A DNA stretch of 63,006 nucleotides, filler included, from 6 parts of 6 records of this genome joined end to end with filler, not necessarily neighbours in it; one strand, 5' to 3'. Shown: positions 38,787 to 48,866, counted from the first letter of the whole stretch. Made by a program: numbers and translations. The notes: generated from the letters alone by a model not told the origin.

Positions 38787-38802
38787 TGGCATCGCTTTTG
38801 CT
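38787..38802 (+). promoter_or_regulatory. Sigma54 promoter of fliK
   Basis: TGGCAT-CGCTT-TTGCT. Confidence 0.8.
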
Positions 38803-38905
38803 TTGATACCGTACAGGTGCGCTGAAAAGCAGGATTAGCGCACTGAAAGGGCGTCTGCAGCGTTCAGATTCCACCGTCATCCAGTAAAAGCGGCAAGAGG
38901 TTGCC

Positions 38906-40123
38906 ATGTCCCAAATGGTTCTTCCCCAGGCTTCCCCACAGGGTCCACAGGCCGATAACGGTTCGAAAAGCGTCTCAGGCAATCGGGAAAAAAACGGCGA
39001 TAGTCCGTTTGATTCCGTGTCTCGTGAGGAGCAGCAACGAATCGATCGAAAACAGGCTGAAAAGCGTGATCACGCTCGGGCCGAGGATACTGGCCGTGCC
39101 GACCAGGCCGGCCGGGACAAAAGCGAAAGCAAACCCGCCGATGACCCTGAGGAACCGCGAACCAATGCCCAGGCTGACAACTCGGAGGTTCAGGGCAAGG
39201 AAGGGGCTCCGGAAAAACCGACTGCAGAAAAAGAGGAGGCCGCTCCAGCTGGGGATGCTGAGTCTCCATCGTTAGTGGATCAGGAAGCGCCGAAGGAGGT
39301 TGTTCCCCTGACATTCGCTGAGCTTCAGGCTCTGCTGATGCCGGCGGGGGGGAACACCACGGCAGTGTCAGGCGGCAACCCGGGTGCCGGTAATGGCGTA
39401 CTGCCGGGTGTGCAAGCATTTGCCGGAATGATTGCAGGCCTGCCTGGCAATACCGCAGGCAAACAGGCTCTGTCGACAGCGCAGGGAGCTGGTTCAGGCG
39501 CTGCGCCGGGCCTGGCATTGACCGACGCTTTGTTGTCGGGTGTAGCAGCAGACGCATCGCGTCCTCAGGAAACCCCATCGCTGCAAGGCGCGGTGCGCTT
39601 CCAGGCCGCTGCAGAATTGGCTAACCAGCAGCTGGCCAATCCGAATACGGCAAAGCTGCCTGCAGAGGTTGCCAACTTGCGAGGGTATACCACCTCTATT
39701 GATGTACCGGTCAGTCACGCGGAGTGGGGGGACAAGCTCGTCGGAAAGCTGACCTGGCTGACAGCACGAAATATGTCTGTCGCCGAAATACATCTCACAC
39801 CGCCTGATATGGGGCCCATGGAAGTCAGGGTTCAGGTTCAGCAGGAGCAGGCACACATTACCGTTCATTCTGCCAACCCGGCCGTGCGGGACCAGCTTGA
39901 ACTGCACAGCCACCGTCTCAGGGACATGCTGAGTGAGCAGGGGCTGTCACTGGACCAGTTTGACGTCAGTGATTCATCGCAGCAGCAAGCCGGCGAGGAC
40001 AATGCCGGGGAGGGCAGCAAGGATGAGAGGGCAGTACTTGCCGATGGCGGACTGGACGAACAGGATCTACCATCTGAATCCCTTGATCTGACCTGGAAAG
40101 GCGAAGTTGATATCTTCGCCTGA
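38906..40123 (+). CDS. fliK: Flagellar hook-length control protein
   Basis: Low-complexity N-terminus; AEIHLTPPDMGP.EV, LRDML.EQGL, ends VDIFA. Confidence 0.92.
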   Translation: MSQMVLPQASPQGPQADNGSKSVSGNREKNGDSPFDSVSREEQQRIDRKQAEKRDHARAEDTGRADQAGRDKSESKPADDPEEPRTNAQADNSEVQGKEGAPEKPTAEKEEAAPAGDAESPSLVDQEAPKEVVPLTFAELQALLMPAGGNTTAVSGGNPGAGNGVLPGVQAFAGMIAGLPGNTAGKQALSTAQGAGSGAAPGLALTDALLSGVAADASRPQETPSLQGAVRFQAAAELANQQLANPNTAKLPAEVANLRGYTTSIDVPVSHAEWGDKLVGKLTWLTARNMSVAEIHLTPPDMGPMEVRVQVQQEQAHITVHSANPAVRDQLELHSHRLRDMLSEQGLSLDQFDVSDSSQQQAGEDNAGEGSKDERAVLADGGLDEQDLPSESLDLTWKGEVDIFA

Positions 40124-40223
40124 CCTCGGCACCCCTTCACCTGATGATTCTGCATCACTCTCCCTTTGCCCATCCTCCCCAGCAACGCTAAACTGCTGTT
40201 CTGATAGGGAGGATGGGGTTATC

Positions 40224-40239
40224 TGGCCCGTCCTTTGCT
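40224..40239 (+). promoter_or_regulatory. Sigma54 promoter of the fliL operon
   Basis: TGGCCC-GTCCT-TTGCT. Confidence 0.75.
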
Positions 40240-40290
40240 TAAACCTCTTTATAACCGTTCCGGTTGACGGATTTCTGGCAGACCTACGTT

Positions 40291-40800
40291 ATGGCTGAAA
40301 ACAATGCGCCCCCTGAGGCGCCGGCAAAGAAAGGCAAGCTCAAACTGATACTGATGCTGACCGTGGTGATTGTTCTGGCGGTCGGGTTGTCAGTCGTTGG
40401 TACCATGTGGTTTCTGGGCGGTGGCATCCCGGGCATGGCTGATGCAGAACAGGAAGACAGCTCGGAGCAGGTTGAAGTGTTTGTGCCCAGCACCTACACG
40501 GTGCTGGAGAAGGCCCTGGTCACGACAGTGCAGGCCGAAGGGCGGCAACGCTATGCCCAGGTATATCTGGCTTTCGAGGCTCAGGACCCGGCAGCACTGG
40601 CTGCGGCCAACCAGCATATGCCGTTGCTTCGCAGCAAACTGATCGGCGTACTCGGTGGCAGGGACTTTAATGAGTTACAGACGCCGGAAGGCCGGAAGGC
40701 GCTGGCCGATGATATGCTGGCGACCGTTAACAGCGCGCTGGAACAGGAAGGGGAGCCACCCTTGCTGGCCGTGCTGTTCAGGAACTTTGTCGTTCAGTAG
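40291..40800 (+). CDS. fliL: Flagellar basal body-associated protein
   Basis: KKGKLK plus TM segment, HMPLLRS, VLFRNFVVQ. Confidence 0.92.
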   Translation: MAENNAPPEAPAKKGKLKLILMLTVVIVLAVGLSVVGTMWFLGGGIPGMADAEQEDSSEQVEVFVPSTYTVLEKALVTTVQAEGRQRYAQVYLAFEAQDPAALAAANQHMPLLRSKLIGVLGGRDFNELQTPEGRKALADDMLATVNSALEQEGEPPLLAVLFRNFVVQ

Positions 40801-40862
40801 AGAATGCGTTAGAAATGCATTAGCGATGTACTAGAGACAATCTAGGGCAAGCTAAAGAATGC
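40798..40862. repeat. Degenerate ~11-bp tandem repeat
   Basis: TAG at 40798, 40810, 40821, 40832, 40843 and TAA at 40853. Confidence 0.55.
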
Positions 40863-40903
40863 AACCGCGCCCGCTAGGGCGGACATCACAGGCAGAGAAA
40901 CGT

Positions 40904-41902
40904 ATGCAGGACTTACTGTCACAGGACGAAATTGACGCGCTCCTCCATGGTGTGGATGACGGCGACATTGATACCTATGATGAAACCGACGAAGCCGGTA
41001 TCAAGTCCTACGACCTTGCCAGCCAGGACCGCATTGTCCGTGGCAGGATGCCTACGCTGGAAATGATCAACGAGCGTTTCGCCCGCTATACCCGGATCAG
41101 CCTGTTCAATCTGTTGCGCCGCAACGCCGATGTGTCCACCGGTGGTGTTCAGATCATGAAGTTCGGCGAGTACATCCACACCCTGTACGTGCCCACTAGC
41201 CTCAACCTCTGCAAGGTTCGCCCGCTTCGGGGGACTTCGCTGTTTGTGTTGGATGCCAAGCTGGTTTTCAAGCTGGTGGACAACTTCTTCGGCGGGGAAG
41301 GCCGACACGCCAAAATCGAGGGCCGCGAATTTACCCCGACGGAAACCCGTATCGTACAGATGGTGCTTGACCAGGTGTTTCATGACATGCGGGAAGCCTG
41401 GCATGCGGTGTTGAAGGTGGATTTCGAGTACCTCAGTTCCGAAGTCAACCCGGCCATGGCCAACATCGTCAGCCCCAGTGAGGTGGTGGTTGTGAGCACC
41501 TTCCACATTGAGCTTGATGGTGGTGGTGGCGAGCTGCACATGGCGCTGCCGTACTCCATGATTGAACCCATAAGGGATGTGCTGGACGCTGGCGTCCAGA
41601 GCGACATTGACGACGTGGATGAACGCTGGGTCAGTGCGCTTCAGGAAGATATCAAGGACGTGAATGTTCCCATTAACACCACGGTTTGCCGCCGACGCAT
41701 TTCTCTTCGCGATATTGCCAAACTGAAGGAAGGTGACATCATCCCCGTGGAAATCCCCGAGTTACTGACCCTGACTGCCAATGGCATTCCGGTCTACAAA
41801 GCCACGATGGGAACCCGTGATGGCAAGCTGGCGCTAAGGATTCATGACCGGGCGACGGTGCCCAAAGTGAAAAAACAACTGAAGGTGGGACGCAATGGCT
41901 GA
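40904..41902 (+). CDS. fliM: Flagellar motor switch protein
   Basis: LSQDEIDALL CheY-binding peptide; FFGG.G; REFT.TE. Confidence 0.97.
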   Translation: MQDLLSQDEIDALLHGVDDGDIDTYDETDEAGIKSYDLASQDRIVRGRMPTLEMINERFARYTRISLFNLLRRNADVSTGGVQIMKFGEYIHTLYVPTSLNLCKVRPLRGTSLFVLDAKLVFKLVDNFFGGEGRHAKIEGREFTPTETRIVQMVLDQVFHDMREAWHAVLKVDFEYLSSEVNPAMANIVSPSEVVVVSTFHIELDGGGGELHMALPYSMIEPIRDVLDAGVQSDIDDVDERWVSALQEDIKDVNVPINTTVCRRRISLRDIAKLKEGDIIPVEIPELLTLTANGIPVYKATMGTRDGKLALRIHDRATVPKVKKQLKVGRNG

Positions 41903-42410
41903 CGACGATAAGAAAGACGAGCAGGAACTCAGCGAAGACGAGAAGCTTGCCGCCGAGTGGGAATCCGCCATGGAAGAGTCGGGGGATGCCGACGAAGATG
42001 GCCGCGAGGACGAATGGGCTGCGGCCATGGCAGAGGCTGGAGAAACCGACGACGATGACGGCAGCGACGACGCCAAAGATGATGTCCGTGCGGCACCTAT
42101 GGAAGAGTTTCCGGAGGGATCGAACTTCAGCCAGGGCACTGGTCCCGCACCGGACCTGGATGTCATCCTCGATATTCCCGTGACCATTTCCATGGAAGTG
42201 GGTAACACCCAGATTCCGATTCGCAACCTGTTGCAGTTGAATCAGGGCTCGGTCATTGAACTGGACCGGCTGGCGGGTGAGCCGCTGGACGTGCTGGTCA
42301 ATGGCACCCTGATTGCCCACGGCGAAGTGGTCATGGTGAACGAGAAGTTCGGCATCCGCCTGACGGACGTCATCAGCCCCGGCGAACGCATTAAGCGGTT
42401 GCAGAAATAG
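41895..42410 (+). CDS. fliN: Flagellar motor switch protein
   Basis: ILDIPV, GSVIELD.LAGEP, GEVVMVNEKFGIR. Confidence 0.96.
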   Translation: MADDDKKDEQELSEDEKLAAEWESAMEESGDADEDGREDEWAAAMAEAGETDDDDGSDDAKDDVRAAPMEEFPEGSNFSQGTGPAPDLDVILDIPVTISMEVGNTQIPIRNLLQLNQGSVIELDRLAGEPLDVLVNGTLIAHGEVVMVNEKFGIRLTDVISPGERIKRLQK

Positions 42411-42411
42411 G

Positions 42412-42891
42412 ATGGTGCGGGTGCATCGTTCTGCTGTCCGTTATGGCGTTCCCGGCGTGTTACTGGCGGCCTTTATGCCTGCCTTGACGCGCGCTCAGGA
42501 GCAGGAAGGGCCGGCCCGGGAAGTTGCCAGCGCACCGGATACCGTGGCCACCATGCTGACGCTGGGCGTGGGCCTGCTGGCGGTGATTGCCATTATCTTT
42601 GGTTGTGCCTGGATTGTGCGTCGCATGAGCGGGATGACGGGCGGCAACACCCGGGCTATCAAGGTGGTCTCGGTGATGCCCATGGGCACGCGTGAGCGGA
42701 TTGCCCTGGTCGAAGTCGGTGGCAAACAGATTCTGATTGGTGTTACGCCATCGGCCATTCGCACGTTGCATGTGTTTGATGAACCGGTCGTCAGTGCCGG
42801 TGATCCTGTGTCCAGTGATTTCGCCCGTAAACTCCAGGGCATGATCGGGAAGTCCTGGGGCTCCGGTTCTTCATCGAAGGAAGGTTCCTGA
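42412..42891 (+). CDS. fliO: Flagellar biosynthesis protein
   Basis: TM segment plus G.RER..LV.VG..QILIGVT. Confidence 0.9.
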   Translation: MVRVHRSAVRYGVPGVLLAAFMPALTRAQEQEGPAREVASAPDTVATMLTLGVGLLAVIAIIFGCAWIVRRMSGMTGGNTRAIKVVSVMPMGTRERIALVEVGGKQILIGVTPSAIRTLHVFDEPVVSAGDPVSSDFARKLQGMIGKSWGSGSSSKEGS

Positions 42892-42892
42892 C

Positions 42893-43657
42893 ATGGCGGT
42901 ACCTGTGTCCGGGCGCATCCTGGCGTTACTGACCCTTTTCATTCTTACGGCCTGGGCGCCCACTGCGCTGGCGGATATACCCGGTATTCCGGCCTTTACG
43001 GTAACGCCGGGCGAGGAAGAGGGCGTTCAGGAATACTCCGTATCCCTGCAAATCCTGGCGCTGATGACGGCGCTGACGTTCCTGCCTGCCATGCTGATGA
43101 TGATGACATCGTTCACCCGCATCATCGTGGTGTTCGCAATCCTGCGTCAGGCTCTTGGGCTGCAGTCCACGCCTTCCAACCAGATCCTTCTCGGCCTGAC
43201 ACTGTTCCTGACCATCTTCATCATGAAGCCGGTACTGGAAGAGGTGAACGAAGTGGCTCTGCAGCCGTACATGCAGGAAGAACTCAGCTCGTTGGAGGCG
43301 GTTGAGCAGGCCAGTCAGCCCTTCCGGAAGTTCATGCTGGCACAAACCCGGGAAAGTGACCTGGGCCTGTTCATGCGTATCGCCGACGAAGAATACGACA
43401 CCGCTGAAGACGTTTCCTTTTGGGTGCTGCTGCCGGCCTTCGTGACCAGCGAACTGAAAACCGCGTTCCAGATCGGATTCATCCTGTTTATTCCGTTTCT
43501 GATTATCGACATGGTGGTCGCCAGCGTACTGATGGCGATGGGTATGATGATGTTGTCTCCGATCATCATTTCACTACCGTTCAAAATCATGCTGTTTGTG
43601 CTGGTGGACGGCTGGGCCCTGATCATGGGCACGCTGGCCGCCAGTTACGGGATATAG
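42893..43657 (+). CDS. fliP: Flagellar export gate protein
   Basis: [37 protein letters not shown]. Confidence 0.97.
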   Translation: MAVPVSGRILALLTLFILTAWAPTALADIPGIPAFTVTPGEEEGVQEYSVSLQILALMTALTFLPAMLMMMTSFTRIIVVFAILRQALGLQSTPSNQILLGLTLFLTIFIMKPVLEEVNEVALQPYMQEELSSLEAVEQASQPFRKFMLAQTRESDLGLFMRIADEEYDTAEDVSFWVLLPAFVTSELKTAFQIGFILFIPFLIIDMVVASVLMAMGMMMLSPIIISLPFKIMLFVLVDGWALIMGTLAASYGI

Positions 43658-43670
43658 GGGAGAGCCGACC

Positions 43671-43940
43671 ATGACACCCGAAACCGTTATCGACATTCTT
43701 CGTGAAGCTCTGTGGATGATCGTGCTGTTGGCAAGCCTGATTATTGGGCCAGGCCTGGTGATTGGTCTTGTGGTCAGTACCTTCCAGGCCGCCACCCAGA
43801 TCAACGAACAGACCCTCAGCTTCCTGCCCCGGCTGCTGGTGACACTGATCACCATTATCGTTGCTGGTCCGTGGATGCTGACCCAGCTCCTTGATCATGC
43901 AAACCGGCTGATCACCAGCATTCCTTACCTGATCGGCTGA
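43671..43940 (+). CDS. fliQ: Flagellar export gate protein
   Basis: FQAATQINEQTLSFLPR. Confidence 0.97.
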   Translation: MTPETVIDILREALWMIVLLASLIIGPGLVIGLVVSTFQAATQINEQTLSFLPRLLVTLITIIVAGPWMLTQLLDHANRLITSIPYLIG

Positions 43941-43946
43941 CCCGGC

Positions 43947-44729
43947 ATGCCCACGGAGATATCAGCCGACCTGATCAACCAGTGGGTAGGTCAACACCTG
44001 TGGCCGCTGTTCCGGCTGGCCAGCTTCATGATGGTCATTCCCTTTATCGGCACCCAGCTTGTCCCGGCACGGGTTCGTTTAGGGCTCGCTCTTATTATCA
44101 CTATCCTGGTAGTGCCCATGATCCCGCCCGTGCCCCAGGTGGATGCATTCAGTGCTGACGGGGTTGTGATCACCTTGCAGCAGATCCTCATCGGTGTGGG
44201 TATGGGGTTTGCCCTGACGGCCCTGTTCCAGCTGTTTGTTGTGGCCGGCCAGATGATCGCCATGCAAATGGGGCTTGGTTTTGCCTCCATGGTTGATCCG
44301 GCCAACGGCGTGAGTGTGCCGGTGCTGGCGCAGATCTACACCATCACCATTACTTTGCTGTATCTGGCGATGAACGGGCACCTGGTGGCGTTCGAAGTTT
44401 TCATAGAGAGCTTCCGTACCATCCCCATTGGCCTGGAAGGTTTGGGGCAGACTGGTGTGTGGCAGCTTGCCCATCGCATCAGCTGGATATTTGTGTCCGC
44501 TATATTGCTGGCCCTTCCTGCTGTCACTGCCGTGTTTATCGTGAATATTTCCTTTGGGGTTATGACACGTGCTGCTCCCCAGATGAACATTTTTGCCCTG
44601 GGTTTTCCGATTGGCCTGATTTTTGGATTATTTGCCATATGGGTGCTGCACGCCAATTTTCTGCCACATTTCGAGCAGTACACCCGGGAGACGTTTGAGT
44701 TCATGCGAAACCTGCAAGGGCAGCCTTAG
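43947..44729 (+). CDS. fliR: Flagellar export gate protein
   Basis: AGQ.I..QMGLGFA, NGH, RAAPQMNIF. Confidence 0.96.
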   Translation: MPTEISADLINQWVGQHLWPLFRLASFMMVIPFIGTQLVPARVRLGLALIITILVVPMIPPVPQVDAFSADGVVITLQQILIGVGMGFALTALFQLFVVAGQMIAMQMGLGFASMVDPANGVSVPVLAQIYTITITLLYLAMNGHLVAFEVFIESFRTIPIGLEGLGQTGVWQLAHRISWIFVSAILLALPAVTAVFIVNISFGVMTRAAPQMNIFALGFPIGLIFGLFAIWVLHANFLPHFEQYTRETFEFMRNLQGQP

Positions 44730-44744
44730 TAGCGACGGAAAACC

Positions 44745-45881
44745 ATGGCCGAAGAAAACGACAACAGCCAGGAAAAAACCGAAGAGGCCACCCCCCGAAG
44801 GCTTGAGAAAGCCAGGGAGGACGGCCAGACTGCGCGTTCCAAGGAACTGGCGACCATGGCTGTTCTGTTGGCTGGTGCCGGCGGCCTGCTGATGTTTGGC
44901 GCGTCAATGGGCGCTTCCCTGGAAAGTATCATGCGCGACAGCTTCGTGTTGGAGCGCTCCGCCATCTTCGACACCCGGCATATGAGCGTCCAGCTGATTG
45001 CCTCCACCAAGGAAGCCGCCCTGTCCCTGGCGCCCTTGCTGATCCTCTTGCTCGTCGCTGCAGTCGCAGGCTCGATTGGTATTGGTGGTCTGCTGGTCAG
45101 CGGAAAAGCCATCGCCCCCAAGCTCAATAGAATGGACCCTCTCAAAGGTCTCAAGCGCATGTTCTCCATGCGTTCGCTGATTGAACTGGTCAAAGCCATC
45201 CTGAAAGTCGGCCTGGTGATGGCGGTAGCGATCCTGATATTGAACCTGCGTACGGATGACCTGCTTAGCATCGCTGAAGAGCCTGCGAGATCGGCCATGG
45301 AGCATGTTGTGTGGACCATGGCCTGGAGCTTTTTCATCCTTGCCTGTGCCACCATCGTCATTGCCGCGATCGACGTGCCGTTCCAGATCTTTGATCACCA
45401 GAAAAAGCTGCGCATGACCAAGCAGGAGGTGAAAGACGAATACAAGGATACGGAAGGCAAGCCGGAAGTGAAGGGCAAGATCCGTCAGTTGCAGCGTGAG
45501 ATGGCTCAGCGTCGGATGATGCAGGATGTGCCGGGTGCGGATGTGGTGATCACTAACCCGACGCATTATGCGGTGGCGTTGAAGTACGATCAAAAGAAGA
45601 TGGCGGCGCCGATTGTGGTGGCGAAAGGGTCGGACGAAACGGCTTTCAAGATCATGGAGATTGCCCGCGAGAACAAGGTGGAGATTCTCCGCACGCCACC
45701 TTTGGCGCGGGCGGTTTACCACAACACTGACATCGGGGGTGAAATCCCGGATGGTCTGTACATGGCGATCGCCCAGGTGCTTGCCTATGTGTTCCAGCTT
45801 CGTCAATTCCGTAAGGGACGGGGCGAGAAGCCCCAGATGCCGAAGTTTCCGATTCCTTCGGATTTGCGGCGCGATGTTTAG
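44745..45881 (+). CDS. flhB: Flagellar export switch protein
   Basis: KTEEAT, EG.PEVK, TNPTH autocleavage motif. Confidence 0.97.
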   Translation: MAEENDNSQEKTEEATPRRLEKAREDGQTARSKELATMAVLLAGAGGLLMFGASMGASLESIMRDSFVLERSAIFDTRHMSVQLIASTKEAALSLAPLLILLLVAAVAGSIGIGGLLVSGKAIAPKLNRMDPLKGLKRMFSMRSLIELVKAILKVGLVMAVAILILNLRTDDLLSIAEEPARSAMEHVVWTMAWSFFILACATIVIAAIDVPFQIFDHQKKLRMTKQEVKDEYKDTEGKPEVKGKIRQLQREMAQRRMMQDVPGADVVITNPTHYAVALKYDQKKMAAPIVVAKGSDETAFKIMEIARENKVEILRTPPLARAVYHNTDIGGEIPDGLYMAIAQVLAYVFQLRQFRKGRGEKPQMPKFPIPSDLRRDV

Positions 45882-45924
45882 CTTAGTGCTGGCCTGCTGT
45901 CCGTTGCCTGCTGCCTAGCCTGAT

Positions 45925-45987
45925 GGTTTGGGGGAGGTGGCTCTGCGGGTGGGCTGCCCAAAACACGCTCCTTCGGCACATCCATGT
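45925..45987. repeat. Start of a probable REP-like intergenic element at the contig end
   Basis: GC-rich ...cccaaaacacgctccttcggcacatccatgt right after flhB, where the assembly breaks; resembles Marinobacter-type repeats as recalled. Confidence 0.45.
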
Positions 45988-46087
45988 NNNNNNNNNNNNN
46001 NNNNNNNNNNNNNNNNNNNNNNNNNNNNNNNTTAATTAATTAANNNNNNNNNNNNNNNNNNNNNNNNNNNNNNNNNNNNNNNNNNNN
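45988..46087. other. Artificial contig linker
   Basis: N44-TTAATTAATTAA-N44. Confidence 0.99.
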
Positions 46088-47110
46088 CCCATGACGCGGT
46101 CTCGTGCAGGCACAGAGCGGATTCCCAAACCGATTATGGCGGAATACTATTCGCAGCGTGCTGCCGCCGGTCTGTTGATTACCGAAGCGACGACAATCTC
46201 CCCGCAGGCGAATGGCTGGAATGAGAGTCCCGGTATTTACACGGACGAAATGGAAGCGGCCTGGAAACAGATTCCCGCCGCCGTCCATGAGCAGGGAAGC
46301 AAAATCTTCCTGCAACTCTGGCACTGCGGTCGGGCCTCGCATCCCAGTTTCCACAATGGAGAGAAGCACGTTGCGCCCTCAGCCATTCCCATCGACGCGG
46401 AATATATTCATACACCCAAAGGCAAGGAACCGCACGAGGTTCCCCGCGCACTGGAAACCAGTGAGCTGCCGGCTGTCGTCGCCGATTACCGACAGGCGGC
46501 CGAGCGGGCGAAACGGGCAGGCTTTGATGGCATCGAAGTCCACTCTGCAAACGGGTATCTGCTCGACACCTTCCTGCAGTCGAAAACCAACCACCGCGAT
46601 GACGCGTATGGCGGCAGCGTGGAGAACCGGTATCGCATGCTGGACGAAGTCGTCTCGGCGGTGACCGAAGTCTGGCCGGCGAATCGTGTGGGCGTGCGGC
46701 TTTCCCCTAATGGCGTGTTCAACGACATGGGCTCTCCCGACTATCGCGAGCAGTTTACTTACGTTGCCTCTCAGCTGGATCAGTTCGGCCTGGCGTATCT
46801 GCACGTCATGGATGGTCTGGGCTTCGGTTTTCATGAACTGGGTGAGCCGATGACCTTAGCTGAGTTTCGCAAGGTCTTTCACAACCCCCTGATCGGCAAC
46901 TGCGGTTACACGCAGGAGTCCGCCGAAGCAGCCATCGCCGCCGGGGATGCCGACATGATCGCCTTCGGCCGTCCCTTTATCAGTAACCCGGATCTCGTCC
47001 ACCGGTTCGCGGAAGGCCTGGAACTCGCGCCCGAAGCCGACATGCAGGACTGGTACAGCCCCAACGGTGCCAAAGGTTATACGGATTTCCCCGTCGCGGA
47101 AGAGGCATGA
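46088..47110 (+). CDS. Old yellow enzyme / alkene reductase (NemA-like), 5' truncated
   Basis: PMTR, YY.QRA, QLWHCGR, GFDGIEVHSANGYL, FGRPFISNPDL, GYTDFP. Confidence 0.93.
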   Translation, partial: PMTRSRAGTERIPKPIMAEYYSQRAAAGLLITEATTISPQANGWNESPGIYTDEMEAAWKQIPAAVHEQGSKIFLQLWHCGRASHPSFHNGEKHVAPSAIPIDAEYIHTPKGKEPHEVPRALETSELPAVVADYRQAAERAKRAGFDGIEVHSANGYLLDTFLQSKTNHRDDAYGGSVENRYRMLDEVVSAVTEVWPANRVGVRLSPNGVFNDMGSPDYREQFTYVASQLDQFGLAYLHVMDGLGFGFHELGEPMTLAEFRKVFHNPLIGNCGYTQESAEAAIAAGDADMIAFGRPFISNPDLVHRFAEGLELAPEADMQDWYSPNGAKGYTDFPVAEEA

Positions 47111-47125
47111 AGGGCTTCACACTAT

Positions 47126-47172
47126 GTAGGGATACTTGTAAAATAACTGGCTGTTTCAACGAGTATCCCTAC
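47126..47172. repeat. GTAG...CTAC inverted repeat (REP-like or terminator)
   Basis: gtagggatacttgt ... acgagtatccctac, 13/14 complementary. Confidence 0.6.
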
Positions 47173-47197
47173 TGCGGTTTCGTGACGGGAGCGAAGC

Positions 47198-47479
47198 ATG
47201 AACTTTGAAGACGAACTGCAGGCACGCTTTGACGCGCACGAAATGTCTCAAAATGTCCGGTTGACCCGGGAACGCCTGATGGTGGCCCGAGCCATCGCCC
47301 AACAGCCGGACGAGTTTACCGCCGAGGAACTCGTCGAGGCGATGCGGTCGCAGCAGACAGAGCAGAGGCGCTGTGCGCGGTCAACCATCTATCGTACCCT
47401 GTATATGCTGGTCGAACTGGGCATGCTGTCGCAACGCGACGCTATGAATTTCGTCTATCGTAAAATAGTGGAGCAGTGA
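47198..47479 (+). CDS. Fur-like winged-helix DNA-binding domain only
   Basis: RLTRER, FTAEEL, RSTIYRTL..LVELG; ends before the metal/dimerisation domain. Confidence 0.7.
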   Translation: MNFEDELQARFDAHEMSQNVRLTRERLMVARAIAQQPDEFTAEELVEAMRSQQTEQRRCARSTIYRTLYMLVELGMLSQRDAMNFVYRKIVEQ

Positions 47480-47495
47480 TAAACTGAAATCAATC

Positions 47496-48866
47496 TCACG
47501 CCATAATTTCGGGCACGAGTCGGGCTTCGGGGACAACTGTGTGCGGGCGGTTGAGGGTGTCGTAGATCAGATGCTGATGGTCGATGCCCAGCAGGCGATA
47601 CATGGTGGCGACGATGTCTCCGGGTGAGACGGGGCTGTGCGTGGGAACGGCGCCCGAGCGGTCGCTGGCTCCCAGGACAAAGCCGGGCTTGATCCCGCCA
47701 CCGGCCAGCATGATTGAATAACAGGAATTCCAGTGATCGCGCCCGGCATTGTTGTTGATCTTCGGTGTGCGACCGAAATCGCCCAGTACGGCAACCAGCG
47801 TACGTTTCAGTCTGCCACTTTCAGCCAGGTCGGCAATCAGACTGCTGCAGGCAGCATCGAACTGGGGCAGCAGTTCGTTCTTCAGTTTGTTGAAGTTCTG
47901 ACCGTGCGAGTCCCAGGTGGCATTCGCATGGGGCGCCCACGACATGGTGACGACGCGCGTGTTGGCTTCAATCAGCCGTCGCGCCAGCAGCACACTCTGT
48001 CCGTAGATGTTGCGGCCGTAACGGTCGCGGACACTGTCCGGTTCTTCACTCAGTTTGAATGCTTTCTGAGCATTGTTGGACGTTAACAGATCAAACGCCT
48101 GTCTCTGGAAATCATTCATCGAGGCCAGCGTCTGATTGGCGTCGAGATTCAAACCCTGGTCGAGTGATGAGAGCAGGCCGCGACGATTATTCATACGCTC
48201 CATCGCCAGACCTTCCGGTAGTGCGAGATTGCGCACATGAAAATTCGGTTGATTCGGATCGTCGAGCACCCAGAACGGATCGTAGGTCGCCCCCATGAAG
48301 CCCGCCAGAAATCCGGGCTGCAGCGGACCGGCGGCTCCTTCTTTCGTTTTGTAGGGAAGTGAGATATAAGGTAGCGAGCCGTTGGGTGTCGGTCGTAGTT
48401 TGGCGAGCACGGCTCCCGGGCAGGGATGATCATCGGGTTTCGCGCCGCCCCCCTGTTCGCCGCGATCGTGTCCGGTGAGCGCCGCATAGACGGCAGCCGC
48501 ATGAGAATTGTTGACGCTGTGATTCATCGAACGAATCAAAGTCGTGTGATGCATCTGCTGCGCGAGTAAAGGCAAATGTTCGCAAACCTGAACCCCCTCC
48601 AGGGAACTGGCGATCGGGTTGAACTCGCCGCGGATTTCAATCGGACCGGAGGGCTTCATGTCCCACATGTCAAGATGACTGGGGCCGCCGTTCAGAAACA
48701 GGATGATGCACGCATCTGCTTTCGCTGCGGGACCATTCACCGGGCCTGCTGCATTCGCCGCTTGTGAAGCCAGCAGTTGTGGCAGGGTAAGACCGGCGGT
48801 ACCCAGTGCGCCGACGCGTAATAATTCGCGGCGTGATAAGAGACGGTCTGATAATCTGCCTGGCAT
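47496..48866 (-). CDS. DUF1501 family protein (Planctomycete-type, Tat-like signal)
   Basis: SRRELLRVG, GGPSHLDMWDMKP, LLARRLIE, WDSH, FGRTPKIN, GRDHW; GGAGG RBS upstream. Confidence 0.92.
   Translation of the reverse strand: MPGRLSDRLLSRRELLRVGALGTAGLTLPQLLASQAANAAGPVNGPAAKADACIILFLNGGPSHLDMWDMKPSGPIEIRGEFNPIASSLEGVQVCEHLPLLAQQMHHTTLIRSMNHSVNNSHAAAVYAALTGHDRGEQGGGAKPDDHPCPGAVLAKLRPTPNGSLPYISLPYKTKEGAAGPLQPGFLAGFMGATYDPFWVLDDPNQPNFHVRNLALPEGLAMERMNNRRGLLSSLDQGLNLDANQTLASMNDFQRQAFDLLTSNNAQKAFKLSEEPDSVRDRYGRNIYGQSVLLARRLIEANTRVVTMSWAPHANATWDSHGQNFNKLKNELLPQFDAACSSLIADLAESGRLKRTLVAVLGDFGRTPKINNNAGRDHWNSCYSIMLAGGGIKPGFVLGASDRSGAVPTHSPVSPGDIVATMYRLLGIDHQHLIYDTLNRPHTVVPEARLVPEIMA

Noticed and set aside
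40798-40862. Mini-CRISPR interpretation of the periodic TAG units
   Set aside because: Units are about 11 bp, with no repeat-spacer structure and no cas genes; no CRISPR array was seen anywhere in the window
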